A DNA stretch of 64,000 nt, taken from contig OZ241892.1 in NCBI GenBank assembly GCA_965203485.1, forward strand, positions 1,536,001 through 1,600,000, written 5' to 3'. Positions within the stretch are counted from its first letter, which is position 1. Every line of letters starts with the position of its first letter. The notes under the pieces were generated by a model. It was given only the letters and a program-made list of their open reading frames with translations, searched no databases and was not told where the DNA came from. Positions 49,673-60,164 of this stretch are shown here, in pieces. This DNA is from Longimicrobiales bacterium (lineage in GTDB: Bacteria; Gemmatimonadota; Gemmatimonadetes; Longimicrobiales; Gaopeijiaceae). The position numbers and the translations under genes are program-made.

Positions 49673-50844
49673 CGGGTTGGCCTCCCGTCCGCGGCGGCGA
49701 CGTCTTCCACCAGCGTCACGGCGGCGTCGTGGGGCAAGTAGTAGTGGCCGTCGACCAGGACGATCTCGCCCGGCTCCACCCATCCGTCCTCGGATCCTTC
49801 GCGAACGAGTTCGTAGAAGTCCTTGTTCTGCAGGCCGATGTTGATGTAGCGCCACTTGGCCCGGCCCTCTTCCAGGACGAACAACATGGTGCGGCGGCGC
49901 TTCTCGAGGACGGCTTGGCGAGGGACGATGAGGCGGCCCGCGTAGTGTTGCGCGCGCAGGGTTCCCTCCGCGTACATGCCGGGCTTGATGCGGCCGTCGT
50001 GGTTGGGCAGGTAGACCGTGACGCGCGCGGTGCCGGTCTCGCGGTCCACCATGGGGTTGATGGTGGCGATGCGGCCCACGAAGGTCGTGTCCGGCAGGGC
50101 CGAGAACACCATCGACGCGTTTCGTCCTTCGGCGAGGTGCGGCACCTGGGTGCCGAGGACCTGGAACTGCACCTTGATCGGGCTGATCTCGAGCACCGTC
50201 AGCAACTCGTCGCCTTGGGCGACGTGCTGGCCCGCCACGACCTTGAGGTCCGCGACGCGGCCGGCGAAGGGAGCGCGGACAGTCGTCTTCTCCAGGTTCA
50301 GCACGGCGCGCCGGTGCTCCGCCTCCGCCTGGTCGAGTCCGGTCACCGAACGAGCCAGCCGCGCCCGCTCGGCACGGGCCTCTTCGTCGAGCTCCTCGTC
50401 CATCAGCGTGCGCGCCTTGAAGTCCACCTCCGCCTTGCGCACCGCGGCGGCCCGGGCGGCAACCTCCAGTCCGTACTCCGCCGTGTCGATCTGGACCAGC
50501 AGGCGGCCCTCGCCCACGCTTTGGTTCTCTTCGACCGCCACGGCCGTGACGATCCCCGCCACGCGCGCCTGGACCGTCGACTGGCGCATCGCTTCGGACA
50601 CGCCCCGGGCGTCGAAGGAAACCCAGAACGTGTCGCGGACGGCGGCGGCCCCCACCACGGGTTGCGGAACCTCGGTGGAGAACTGCTCCTGAACCGACTG
50701 GACGACCGCCTCGTTCTCCGCCGGCTCGGCGTCTTGGGCGGCGGCGTCCTCCGCCGGCCTCGTCCGCCAATAGACTCCGGCCGCCACGACGCCGACGATC
50801 AGCGCCGCGCTCAGACCTCCGAGCGCCTTTCGTGAAAGCGCCAT
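49669..50844 (-). CDS. RND periplasmic adaptor subunit
   Basis: N-terminal TM; RAPFAGRV, INPMVD..T.T, N.DG.IKPGM, VP..AV. Confidence 0.93.
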   Translation of the reverse strand: MALSRKALGGLSAALIVGVVAAGVYWRTRPAEDAAAQDAEPAENEAVVQSVQEQFSTEVPQPVVGAAAVRDTFWVSFDARGVSEAMRQSTVQARVAGIVTAVAVEENQSVGEGRLLVQIDTAEYGLEVAARAAAVRKAEVDFKARTLMDEELDEEARAERARLARSVTGLDQAEAEHRRAVLNLEKTTVRAPFAGRVADLKVVAGQHVAQGDELLTVLEISPIKVQFQVLGTQVPHLAEGRNASMVFSALPDTTFVGRIATINPMVDRETGTARVTVYLPNHDGRIKPGMYAEGTLRAQHYAGRLIVPRQAVLEKRRRTMLFVLEEGRAKWRYINIGLQNKDFYELVREGSEDGWVEPGEIVLVDGHYYLPHDAAVTLVEDVAAADGRPTR

Positions 50845-50904
50845 TGCTCAACCCCTTCCTCGTGTGGGCGACTTTGGGGAACCGCTTTCCTGGCCAGTCC
50901 TGCG

Positions 50905-50920
50905 TGCAGCCGCCGTGCCC
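50905..50920 (-). promoter_or_regulatory. Putative sigma54-type -24/-12 promoter of the RND operon
   Basis: GGGCACGGCGGCTGCA matches GG-N10-GC (consensus TGGCACG-N4-TTGCW), about 60 nt upstream of ATG 50844. Confidence 0.5.
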
Positions 50921-51029
50921 GGCGCTGTTTTGCTTGGGATGGATTCGAGCGCACCGGCGGTTGCCCCGGCTTGGGCGGGCCTCTTTGGGAAGCGCCGCGC
51001 CAGAATGCCTGGGAACTGGCCTTCAAGGT

Positions 51030-51060
51030 GACATACACCGGTGGGTTCCGCAAAGTTCCC
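51030..51060 (-). promoter_or_regulatory. Possible ECF-sigma promoter
   Basis: GGAACTT-N15-TGTATGT on the minus strand. Confidence 0.35.
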
Positions 51061-51112
51061 GGGGCGTTCGCATGGCCCTTTGGGACGTGCCGCTTGGGGG
51101 CCCGCGAAACGG

Positions 51113-52330
<1,218 letters not shown>

Positions 52331-52466
52331 CGGGCGTGCCTCGAGAGCGGGCTGGTCGCCGCCGACGGCCTTCGGCGGACTTGTCGCCGGGGCGGCCGCC
52401 GCGCGGGACCGGTCGGTCGGCGGCCGCGGCGCGCGTGCGAGAGGGCCGCCAAGAAAGAGGCGGCTA

Positions 52467-52548
52467 CGGAGGGGGTGGGATTCGAACCCACGTGCCCGAA
52501 GGCGCCGGTTTTCAAGACCGGTGCATTGAACCGCTCTGCCACCCCTCC
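52467..52548 (-). tRNA. tRNA-Ser (anticodon UGA), CCA not encoded
   Basis: GGAGGGG acceptor stem, CCGGT-CT TGA AA-ACCGG anticodon arm, GTGGG-TTCGAAT-CCCAC T arm, discriminator G. Confidence 0.96.
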
Positions 52549-52724
52549 TGCTCCTGCTGCGACGGAAGATGGCGGCAAGGCGGCTGCGCTTCAACCCGGC
52601 CGGGCGGGCCGCAACTCCGGAGCGCCGCGGCCCCCGCGCGAGGTGATGCGGGCGAGCGATCGCCGACGGATCGGCTGGATGCGCCACGCGGCTCGTCCGT
52701 CCCGCGCGGTTGCGCCGGTCGCGG

Positions 52725-52937
52725 TCACGGGATGTAGGTAACGGATGCCGTGCGCCCCCGCGTGCAAACCACGGCTTCCCTCTCGATCGGCTGGCCGGAC
52801 GGCCCGTGGTCCTCGATGATCCGGACTTCGCAACGCTCCTCGAGCAGGCCGAACGCCCAGTTTCGGGCGGGAGTCGTCGCTAGCAACGCGACTGCGGTCG
52901 CGAGGCCCAGGCACGCGATCGCGCCGCGTCGTCGCAT
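52725..52937 (-). CDS. Small hypothetical secreted protein (70 aa)
   Basis: [20 protein letters not shown] signal-like N-terminus, two further Cys; co-oriented downstream of purH. Confidence 0.45.
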   Translation of the reverse strand: MRRRGAIACLGLATAVALLATTPARNWAFGLLEERCEVRIIEDHGPSGQPIEREAVVCTRGRTASVTYIP

Positions 52938-53058
52938 GATCGCTCGGCTCAACAGGCATGTCCCTATGTCGGTGGAAACAGGCGCCGGCCAGCCGGAACC
53001 GACGGGCCGCCGCGGCGCCCGTCGCAGGGCGATCGGCCCGGCTGGAACGGCACCAAAG

Positions 53059-54891
53059 TTAGTGGCGAAAGAGCCGCTGGCCAGTGAAGACCATGGCGAT
53101 GCCGTGCTCGTCGGCCGCGTCCACGACGTCCTGGTCGCGCATCGAACCGCCCGGCTGCACGACGGCGCGCACGCCCGCCTCTGCCGCCTCGTCCACGCCG
53201 TCGCGGAACGGGAAGAAGGCGTCGGAAGCCATGCAGGCCCCCGCCAAGCGTTCCCCCAGGCCGGCCTCTTCGGCCTTGCGGACCGCCAAGCGCACCGCGT
53301 CCACGCGGCTGGCGAGTCCGCCGCCGACGCCGACCGTCGCCCCGCTGCGCGCCAACACGATGGCATTGGACTTGACGCCCGCGACCGCGGCCCACGCGAA
53401 CGCCAGGTCGTCCGCTTCGGCCTCCGTGGGCTCCCTGCGGGTGACCACCCGCCGAGCGCGGCCTCGGGCGTCGCCCTCGTCGTGGGCCGGGACCGGGCCG
53501 GGGCCCCCGGAGCCGCAGGGCTCGCGGGCGGGGCTTCCCGCGGGCGCGCCCAGGTAGAAGGGCAGCGGCGCAGGCGACTGCACGAGCGCGCCGCCGTACA
53601 CGGAACGCCGTTCCTCGCCCCCGGGATGCTCCGCCGCCCGCGCCAGGAACCGGGCCGCCGCTCGCGCCCCGCAACCGGCGTCTCGCCACCAGCGGACATC
53701 GGCCGGTTCCGACTCGTGGGGACCCTGCCCCGCTGCTTCTGCCGCACCGGGGAACGCCAGCAAGCGAAGGCTCTTCTTGCGTTCCAGCACCTCCAGCGCC
53801 TCCGCCGAGTACGACGGGGCCACCACGCACTCAACGAACATCGTCGCAAGCTCGGCGGCCGTCGCCGCGTCCACGGGCCGGTTCGCGGCCACCACCGAGC
53901 CGAACGCGGAGACGGGATCCGTCCGGCGGGCCCGCGCCATCGCCTGGGCGAGGGTGGCGGCGGCGGCGAGGCCGCAGGGGCTGGTGTGCTTGACTACGGC
54001 GACGGCGGGCCTGGAGCAGAACGCGAACGGCGCCAAGGCGCGCAACGCGCCGTCGAGATCGAGGAAGTTGTTGTAGGACAGCGCCTTGCCGCGCAACTGG
54101 CGGAGAGCCGCCAACCCCGCGGGTTCGCCGGCGCCGAGAGAAAGGAAGGATGCCGTCTGCCCCGGGTTCTCGCCGTAGCGCAGGGGACGAGCGCGCGGGC
54201 GGTCGCGCGCGCAGACTTGGTTCCGCGCGGCTGGAGGCGGCGGCGCGGGCTGGGCGGTTGCCGGGGCGCCGCCGCCTGCCAGAAAGTCGGCGGCGGCGCG
54301 GTCGTAGGCCGCCGAAAGAGCGAACGCCTTGGCGGCCAAGCGGCGGCGGAGGGCGGAGAGGGCCTCGCCGCCGGGAGGGCCCTGGGCGACTTCGGCGCGC
54401 CCGTTCGTGTCGTCCGCCAGCGCGGCGGCGAGGGTCTCGTAGTCGGACGGGTCGGTGACGACCCAGACGTGGCGATGGTTCTTCGCCGCCGCCCGCAGCA
54501 TGGCGGGGCCGCCCACGTCCAAGTTGTCCATGGCGGTCTCGATCGTCGCGCGCGGGTCGGCGATCGTCTCGCGAAATGGGTACAGGTTGACGGCGACCAG
54601 ATCGACCGGCTCGTAGCCGCGCGAGCCGATGGCGGCCATGTCGGCCGGCACGTCGCGGCGGGCGAGGATGCCGGCGTGGATCGCAGGATGCAGCGTCTTC
54701 ACGCGGCCCTCCATCATCTCCGGATGCCCGGTCGCGGTCTCGACTTCGGTGACGGCGACTCCCGCGTCCGCGAGCAGCCGCGCCGTGCCGCCGGTGGAAA
54801 GCACTTCCCACCCCAACCCCGCCAAGCGTTCCGCGAACTCCGCGACGCCGGTCTTGTCCGACACGCTCAACAGCGCGCGGCGGCTCGTCAT
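53059..54891 (-). CDS. purH: Bifunctional AICAR transformylase / IMP cyclohydrolase
   Basis: [65 protein letters not shown]. Confidence 0.96.
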   Translation of the reverse strand: MTSRRALLSVSDKTGVAEFAERLAGLGWEVLSTGGTARLLADAGVAVTEVETATGHPEMMEGRVKTLHPAIHAGILARRDVPADMAAIGSRGYEPVDLVAVNLYPFRETIADPRATIETAMDNLDVGGPAMLRAAAKNHRHVWVVTDPSDYETLAAALADDTNGRAEVAQGPPGGEALSALRRRLAAKAFALSAAYDRAAADFLAGGGAPATAQPAPPPPAARNQVCARDRPRARPLRYGENPGQTASFLSLGAGEPAGLAALRQLRGKALSYNNFLDLDGALRALAPFAFCSRPAVAVVKHTSPCGLAAAATLAQAMARARRTDPVSAFGSVVAANRPVDAATAAELATMFVECVVAPSYSAEALEVLERKKSLRLLAFPGAAEAAGQGPHESEPADVRWWRDAGCGARAAARFLARAAEHPGGEERRSVYGGALVQSPAPLPFYLGAPAGSPAREPCGSGGPGPVPAHDEGDARGRARRVVTRREPTEAEADDLAFAWAAVAGVKSNAIVLARSGATVGVGGGLASRVDAVRLAVRKAEEAGLGERLAGACMASDAFFPFRDGVDEAAEAGVRAVVQPGGSMRDQDVVDAADEHGIAMVFTGQRLFRH

Positions 54892-55568
54892 GCGGACGCC
54901 CGGGCGGCCGGCGCTCCGAACGCCGCGCGGACCGCCGAGCGAAGCTCTCCGCGGTCCCAAGGGTCCAGGCCGGGCCAGCGAAACGGCGGCGGCGCACCGG
55001 CTCCGAGGCTGCGGGCCAGGGCCGCGGCGGATTCGGGAAAAAGGACGTGCTCGACGGCCAGCACGCGAGCCGCAAGCGATTCGGGCGTGTCGTCCCGCAA
55101 CACGGGGACGGGCCACTGGGCCATGATCGTGCCCTCGTCGTACCGCTCGTTCACGTAGTGGACCGTTGGGCCCGACACGACCGCGCCCGACGCCAGCACG
55201 GCCTCGTGTATCCGGCGCCCGTGCATCCCCCTGCCCCCGAACGAGGGGAGCAACGAGGGATGGACGTTGAGGATCCGTTCGCGGTAAGCCGTGCAGACCG
55301 CGGCGGGGACGAGCGCCAGGAAGCCGGCCAGAAGGACTCCGTCGACGGCGTGTCCGTCCAGCAGGCCGAGCAGCTCGTCCGCGGGGGCGCGGCCGAAGTC
55401 GACTCGGTGGACGGGACGCCCTGCGGCGCGAGCGCGCGCTTCCGCTGCGCAGGGCCGGTCGGCGAACACGACCGCGATGCGGTAGGGGGCGTCCGGCGCT
55501 TCGGCGTCCAGCAACGCTTGGAGGTTGGTGCCGGAACCGGACGCGAACGCGGCGAAGCGCGCGCTCAC
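54888..55568 (-). CDS. purN: Phosphoribosylglycinamide formyltransferase
   Basis: ASGSGTNLQA, LAGF, LNVHPSLLP.FGG, TVHYV..YDEG. Confidence 0.95.
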   Translation of the reverse strand: MSARFAAFASGSGTNLQALLDAEAPDAPYRIAVVFADRPCAAEARARAAGRPVHRVDFGRAPADELLGLLDGHAVDGVLLAGFLALVPAAVCTAYRERILNVHPSLLPSFGGRGMHGRRIHEAVLASGAVVSGPTVHYVNERYDEGTIMAQWPVPVLRDDTPESLAARVLAVEHVLFPESAAALARSLGAGAPPPFRWPGLDPWDRGELRSAVRAAFGAPAARASA

Positions 55569-56200
55569 GCGAGGGCGGTGTCCGGGCCGTGCGACGCCAG
55601 GAAAGGATTGTAAGTCCGCTCGCGCGCAACCGTGGTGTCGGGCCCGTGGCCGGGATGAAGCGTCGTCTCGGACGGCAGCGTCAGCACCTCGGAGCGGATC
55701 GACTTCATGAGCGCGTGGTAGTCGCCGCCGGGCAGGTCGGTGCGGCCGATCGAGCCCAGGAAGACGACGTCGCCGACGAAGGCCGCGGAGGCGGCCTCGC
55801 AGGCGAACAGGACGTGGCCGGGCGAGTGGCCCGGCGCGAAGGCGACGCGGAACTCGGATCCGCCGAACTCCAGGACCGCGCCGGGTTGCAGGTCCGCGTC
55901 CGGGGACGGCGGCCGGACGGGCAGCTGGCCGGCGGACCAATCGTAGATCGGGCGCTCGGCGGGGTGCAGGTGAACCGGCGCGCCGGTGGCCCGCTTGGCG
56001 TGCGCGAGCCCCTCGACGTGATCGACGTGGGCGTGGGTCAGCAGGATCGCGGCGACGTCGAGCCGATGCGACCGAGCCGCGGCGAGCGCGTCGCCCGTTG
56101 CCGCGCCCGGATCGACGAGCACGCCCGCGCGTCCGTCGTCGCACGCCGCTAGAAACGTGTTCTGCTGGTACGCGCCGCCCGCGAACGCGAAGACTCTCAC
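55565..56200 (-). CDS. MBL-fold metallo-hydrolase (glyoxalase II-like)
   Basis: THAHVDH, PGHSPG, GD..F.GSIGRTDL, PGHG. Confidence 0.93.
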   Translation of the reverse strand: MRVFAFAGGAYQQNTFLAACDDGRAGVLVDPGAATGDALAAARSHRLDVAAILLTHAHVDHVEGLAHAKRATGAPVHLHPAERPIYDWSAGQLPVRPPSPDADLQPGAVLEFGGSEFRVAFAPGHSPGHVLFACEAASAAFVGDVVFLGSIGRTDLPGGDYHALMKSIRSEVLTLPSETTLHPGHGPDTTVARERTYNPFLASHGPDTALA

Positions 56201-56221
56201 GGCGCGGCGGCGGCCGAGCCG

Positions 56222-56551
56222 TCAGACGGTGAAGGAACTCCCGCAGCCACAGCCGCCCGACGCCTGCGGATTCTTGAAGGAGAAGCCCGAACCCATCATG
56301 GAGGTCACGTAGTCGATCTCCAAGCCCTCCAGGTACTGGGCGCTGAAGGGGTCGACGAAGACCCGGATGCCGCTCGTCTCGAACACCTCGTCGTCCTCTT
56401 CGGGCGCCTTGTCGATGTCGACGCCGTATTGGAAACCCGAACAGCCCCCCGGCAGGACGGAGACGCGCAAGCCCGAGGCCCCGCCGGTTCCGTGCTCCGC
56501 CAGAAAGCCCCGCACCTTCTCGGCCGCGTTTGGCGTGAGAGTCAGCTGCAT
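56222..56551 (-). CDS. A-type Fe-S carrier (IscA/ErpA/HesB family)
   Basis: GGCSGFQY, F.NP.A..GCGCGSSF. Confidence 0.95.
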   Translation of the reverse strand: MQLTLTPNAAEKVRGFLAEHGTGGASGLRVSVLPGGCSGFQYGVDIDKAPEEDDEVFETSGIRVFVDPFSAQYLEGLEIDYVTSMMGSGFSFKNPQASGGCGCGSSFTV

Positions 56552-56641
56552 GCCGCCTGCGATCCCCGTTCTCGGTTGGGCCGGCGACTCGACTGAAGGC
56601 GCCCGCGCGACGTTGGCCAGCCGACCGCCGACATGCAAAAC

Positions 56642-57268
56642 CTACCGGGGTCGCGACGAGGGGTCAACTGGCGGCCGGAGGTCCTCGCGGTGGTCTTCGC
56701 GCCGGGCTTCGAGGCGACGCGCGAGAGCCGACGCGGCGAGCAGGTCGTCGACCACGCGCGTGGTCGCGGGAACGCGGGACTCCATCTCCCTTCCGTACCC
56801 GGTGCGCACGAGGATGCCGGTGCCTCCCGTCTCCAGGGCCGGCAGCACGTCCGTCACGTTGTCGCCCACGTAGTAGGAGCGGCCGAGGTCGAGGCCGAGT
56901 TCGGCGGCCGCGGCGCGGTGCATCGCCGTGCTCGGCTTTCGGCACGTGGTCTCGGGATCGCCGGCGGGGGTGTCGGGGCAGAAGTGCGTGGCGTCCAGCG
57001 CAACGCCCTCTGCCGCGAGTTGCCGCTCGACCTCCGCGGCGACGCGGCGGTAGTCGGACAGTGCGTAGAGACCGCGACCGATGCCCGACTGGTTCGTGAC
57101 CACGACGAGCGCCAAGCCCAGGTCCCTTAAGCGCCGCAGGGCTTCCGCGGCGTTGGGCAACAGCGCAACTCCGGCGGGATCGGACAAGTAGTGGCGCTCC
57201 TCGACGATGGTGCCGTCGCGGTCCAGGAAGGCGGCGGGGCGCGGGACCGCGGGCGGCCGGGCTAGCAC
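56642..57268 (-). CDS. gmhB: D-glycero-D-manno-heptose bisphosphate phosphatase (HAD IIIA)
   Basis: FLDRDGT, VTNQSGIGRG, CP..P....CRKP, VGD..TD, VRTGYG. Confidence 0.9.
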   Translation of the reverse strand: MLARPPAVPRPAAFLDRDGTIVEERHYLSDPAGVALLPNAAEALRRLRDLGLALVVVTNQSGIGRGLYALSDYRRVAAEVERQLAAEGVALDATHFCPDTPAGDPETTCRKPSTAMHRAAAAELGLDLGRSYYVGDNVTDVLPALETGGTGILVRTGYGREMESRVPATTRVVDDLLAASALARRLEARREDHREDLRPPVDPSSRPR

Positions 57269-58728
57269 GCGGGCGGCTCGTCGCGGCGGCGACCCTCGGT
57301 TGCGGCGCCTTCGGAAACGCGGCGGGCCACGGCTTCCAAGGCGGATGCGACGAGGGCGTCTTCGTCGGGGGCGACGGTGCGCAGGTCCACCAGCAAGCGG
57401 CCCTGGCGGCCCCGCGCGACGATCGGCGGATCGTGGGCGCGCAACTGGGCCAGCCACGCACCGAGCTGGGCCCCGGCGTCGATGCTCGCGAGGGCTGTCG
57501 GCAGGCGAACTCCGGGGCAGGCGCCGCCGCCGACCACGGAATCTCCGTCCACGACCTCCGCGTTCGCGAGAACGGAGCCGCGGGGCGCGCCGCCCAGCCG
57601 GTCCAGGAACTCGTGGGCGCGCCGCCGCAGGGTGTCCGCTGGAACTGCGATCATTCGCAGCGCCGGCACTTCACGGAGCGCCCGGGGCGGGTCTCGGTAG
57701 AGGGCCAGCGTAGCCTCCAGCCCCGCCAGCGCGATTTTGTCGCACCGAAGAGCGCGGCAAAGGGGATGCGTCTTGGCCGCTCCGACGGCCTCGCTCGTTC
57801 CCGCCAAGAGTCCGGCCTGCGGCCCCCCCAGCAACTTGTCGCCGGAGAAGACGACCAAGTGCGCGCCTGCGGCGACGCTGGCGGCGGGGGTGGGCTCGTC
57901 GGGAAGGCCAAGCGCGGCGGGGTCCGCAAGAAGACCGGTTCCCACGTCGTGAATCACGGGGATCCCCGCTTCCGCGCCGAGCGCGGCCAAGCGTTCGACG
58001 GGCGTCTCCTCCGCGAACCCGGAGAGACGGAAGTTGGACCGATGGACCTTGAGGATGGCCCCCACCTCTTCGCCGTCCAGCGCCCGCGCGTAGTCGTTCG
58101 GTCGCGTCCGGTTGGTGGTCCCGACCGGCAAGAGGCGGGAGCCCGCGGCTTCTACGACCTCGGGAACGCGGAAGCCGCCGCCGATCTCCACGAGCTCGCC
58201 GTGCGACACCACGACGCCGCGCCCGCCCGCGAGCGCCGCCAACGCCAGGGCGAGCGCGCCTGCCCCGTTGTTGACGGCAAGGCCGTCTTCGGCGCCGGTC
58301 AGTTCCGCGACGAGCCGGGAGCAGTGCACGTAGCGGGAGCCGCGCCCGCCGACGGCCAAGTCGAACTCGAGGTTGCCGTACCCGGCCGCGGCCGCCATGG
58401 CCCGGCGGGCGGCGGCGGCCAGGGGCGCGCGGCCCAGGTTCGTGTGCAGGATCACGCCGGTGGCGTTGACGACGCGCCTCAAGCCGGGGGCGGCCGCGCG
58501 CCCGGCGTCGTGGCGAACGAGATCGCGGAGTTGGTCGTCGGTCGAAGGAACCGGCACGTCGCCGGCGCGCATGGCCGCAAGCACGGCTCGGACGCGCGCG
58601 GCGACCCATGGCCGACCGTAGCCGGCGGCGAGCTCGGCGCACCACGGCTGGGCCAAGACGCGGTCCACGCCGGGAATCGACCGCCGCGGGTCGGACGTTG
58701 CGGCCGGAGGCGGGGACGCCGTGCTCAC
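57262..58728 (-). CDS. selA: L-seryl-tRNA(Sec) selenium transferase
   Basis: NATGVILHTNLGRAP, ELVEIGGGFR.P, VGTTNRT, VH.SNF, FSGDKLLGGPQAG. Confidence 0.95.
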   Translation of the reverse strand: MSTASPPPAATSDPRRSIPGVDRVLAQPWCAELAAGYGRPWVAARVRAVLAAMRAGDVPVPSTDDQLRDLVRHDAGRAAAPGLRRVVNATGVILHTNLGRAPLAAAARRAMAAAAGYGNLEFDLAVGGRGSRYVHCSRLVAELTGAEDGLAVNNGAGALALALAALAGGRGVVVSHGELVEIGGGFRVPEVVEAAGSRLLPVGTTNRTRPNDYARALDGEEVGAILKVHRSNFRLSGFAEETPVERLAALGAEAGIPVIHDVGTGLLADPAALGLPDEPTPAASVAAGAHLVVFSGDKLLGGPQAGLLAGTSEAVGAAKTHPLCRALRCDKIALAGLEATLALYRDPPRALREVPALRMIAVPADTLRRRAHEFLDRLGGAPRGSVLANAEVVDGDSVVGGGACPGVRLPTALASIDAGAQLGAWLAQLRAHDPPIVARGRQGRLLVDLRTVAPDEDALVASALEAVARRVSEGAATEGRRRDEPPAC

Positions 58729-60158
58729 AAGAGCCGCAACAGCATTCTCGTCGCCCGCATCGCCGAGGACGAAGCCCGCGGGGCAACCATCGTGTCCGGC
58801 GGAGTTCGTGTCGTGTCGGGCCGACTTCGCGTCGTGTCGGACGCGGCCTCCTCTGCCCCGGCGGTCGCGCTGTCGGACTGGGCCGCCTCCCGCGCAACGA
58901 CGATCTTGACGCCCCGCGCCTCCAGGCCGGCCAGGTTGAAGACGCCCGTGAGCACGGCCTCGTAGGCGCGGTTCGCCTCCAGCGGCTCGGGCAGCGTTCC
59001 GGTCAGGGTCTGGGACGGGAGGATCAGCCCGGAGAGCCCGACCACCGGTTCAGGAGCGTCCGCAGGCGCAGCTTGGCCGGCGGAGTCCGCCTGCTCGGCC
59101 TTCCACGCGGCGTGTTCGTGGTCGTGGAAGAGGGGGAAGACGATGACGCCGTCCTCGCCGTCGGGGAACAGGACGCCTTCGATCGCCGCGCCGGGCTCGT
59201 GCGGGTCCAGGTAGTCGTCGAACTCGAAGGTGATCGTGACCGAATCCGAGACCGTGGCCCCGACCAGCTGGGCCGCCGTCGTGTCGGGCTCGACCAGCGA
59301 GAGCACGTCGTACGCGGTATCCGCCGCCGCCAGCGCACCGCCCGTCCGCGAGGCGAACGGCTCCGACGGGCCTGGCTCGCCGTCCCGGTCGCGGTCTTGC
59401 CACGCCCGGAGTTCGAATGGGCCCGCGGGCACGAACCGGAGCGAGTAGAAGCCGTCCGCGTCCGCGTAGCTCCAGTGCGGCGGCGCATCGCCGTCCTGGC
59501 CAAAGACGGCCTCGACGCGCACCCCCGCCGCCGCCGTTCCGTCCACCCGGTTCTCGACCACGCCGGCCACCACGTTGGGCACGAATTCGGCTCCCGTGGA
59601 GACCAGCAAGTCGAACGGATCGCGAAGCGTGTTGCCGAACATGTCGCTGACGACGGGGAGGACCGTGACCCGGTAGACCCGGTTCGGAAGAAGCCCTCGC
59701 TGCGCCTCGACGGAGATCGCGTCGCGCCGGTGTCTCACGCGAAGCGCGCCAACCTCGGGCGAAACCAAGACGGCGTCGCGCATGGCGCCGCCCGCCGCGC
59801 GTTCGCTGATTCTCTCGCTGAACTTGAACTCGAACTCTCTAAATCCTTCCTGTACAACGGCAAATGTGTCGGGAACCGTCGCCACGACATAGGGGGGAAA
59901 CCGATCCTCGGGGCCTCCGGGCGGGGCCTCTGGGCGAGCGCATCCCACGACGGCGACGCACGCGGAGCCCAAGAGCAAGACCAGCCGCCGGCCGGGAAGA
60001 CGGCCAGGCGCGACGGCGCGGCGACGGAGGATGGAGGCGAGGCGCCGACCGCGGCGGACGGAGCCCGGCCAGCCGCCGACACGAACCGTCCGCGTCGCCC
60101 TCCGGCCCGCGCGGGTGCCCGGCCAGCGCCGCGTCCGGCCGCCGCCCCGGTTACGCAT
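58725..60158 (-). CDS. Lipoprotein with Ig-like (Big_5-like) domain
   Basis: Lipobox-like VVGC then A....P.GGP.D..PP.V; F.FSERI; D.FGN; start uncertain. Confidence 0.75.
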   Translation of the reverse strand: MRNRGGGRTRRWPGTRAGRRATRTVRVGGWPGSVRRGRRLASILRRRAVAPGRLPGRRLVLLLGSACVAVVGCARPEAPPGGPEDRFPPYVVATVPDTFAVVQEGFREFEFKFSERISERAAGGAMRDAVLVSPEVGALRVRHRRDAISVEAQRGLLPNRVYRVTVLPVVSDMFGNTLRDPFDLLVSTGAEFVPNVVAGVVENRVDGTAAAGVRVEAVFGQDGDAPPHWSYADADGFYSLRFVPAGPFELRAWQDRDRDGEPGPSEPFASRTGGALAAADTAYDVLSLVEPDTTAAQLVGATVSDSVTITFEFDDYLDPHEPGAAIEGVLFPDGEDGVIVFPLFHDHEHAAWKAEQADSAGQAAPADAPEPVVGLSGLILPSQTLTGTLPEPLEANRAYEAVLTGVFNLAGLEARGVKIVVAREAAQSDSATAGAEEAASDTTRSRPDTTRTPPDTMVAPRASSSAMRATRMLLRLL

Positions 60159-60164
60159 TCGGCG

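Noticed and set aside
52331..52466. Genomic island integrated at tRNA-Ser
   Set aside because: No integrase and no duplicated tRNA 3' end seen; ispG follows directly
56222..56551. Selenoprotein version of HesB (or of the peroxiredoxin), given nearby selA
   Set aside because: The motif positions are ordinary Cys codons; no in-frame TGA
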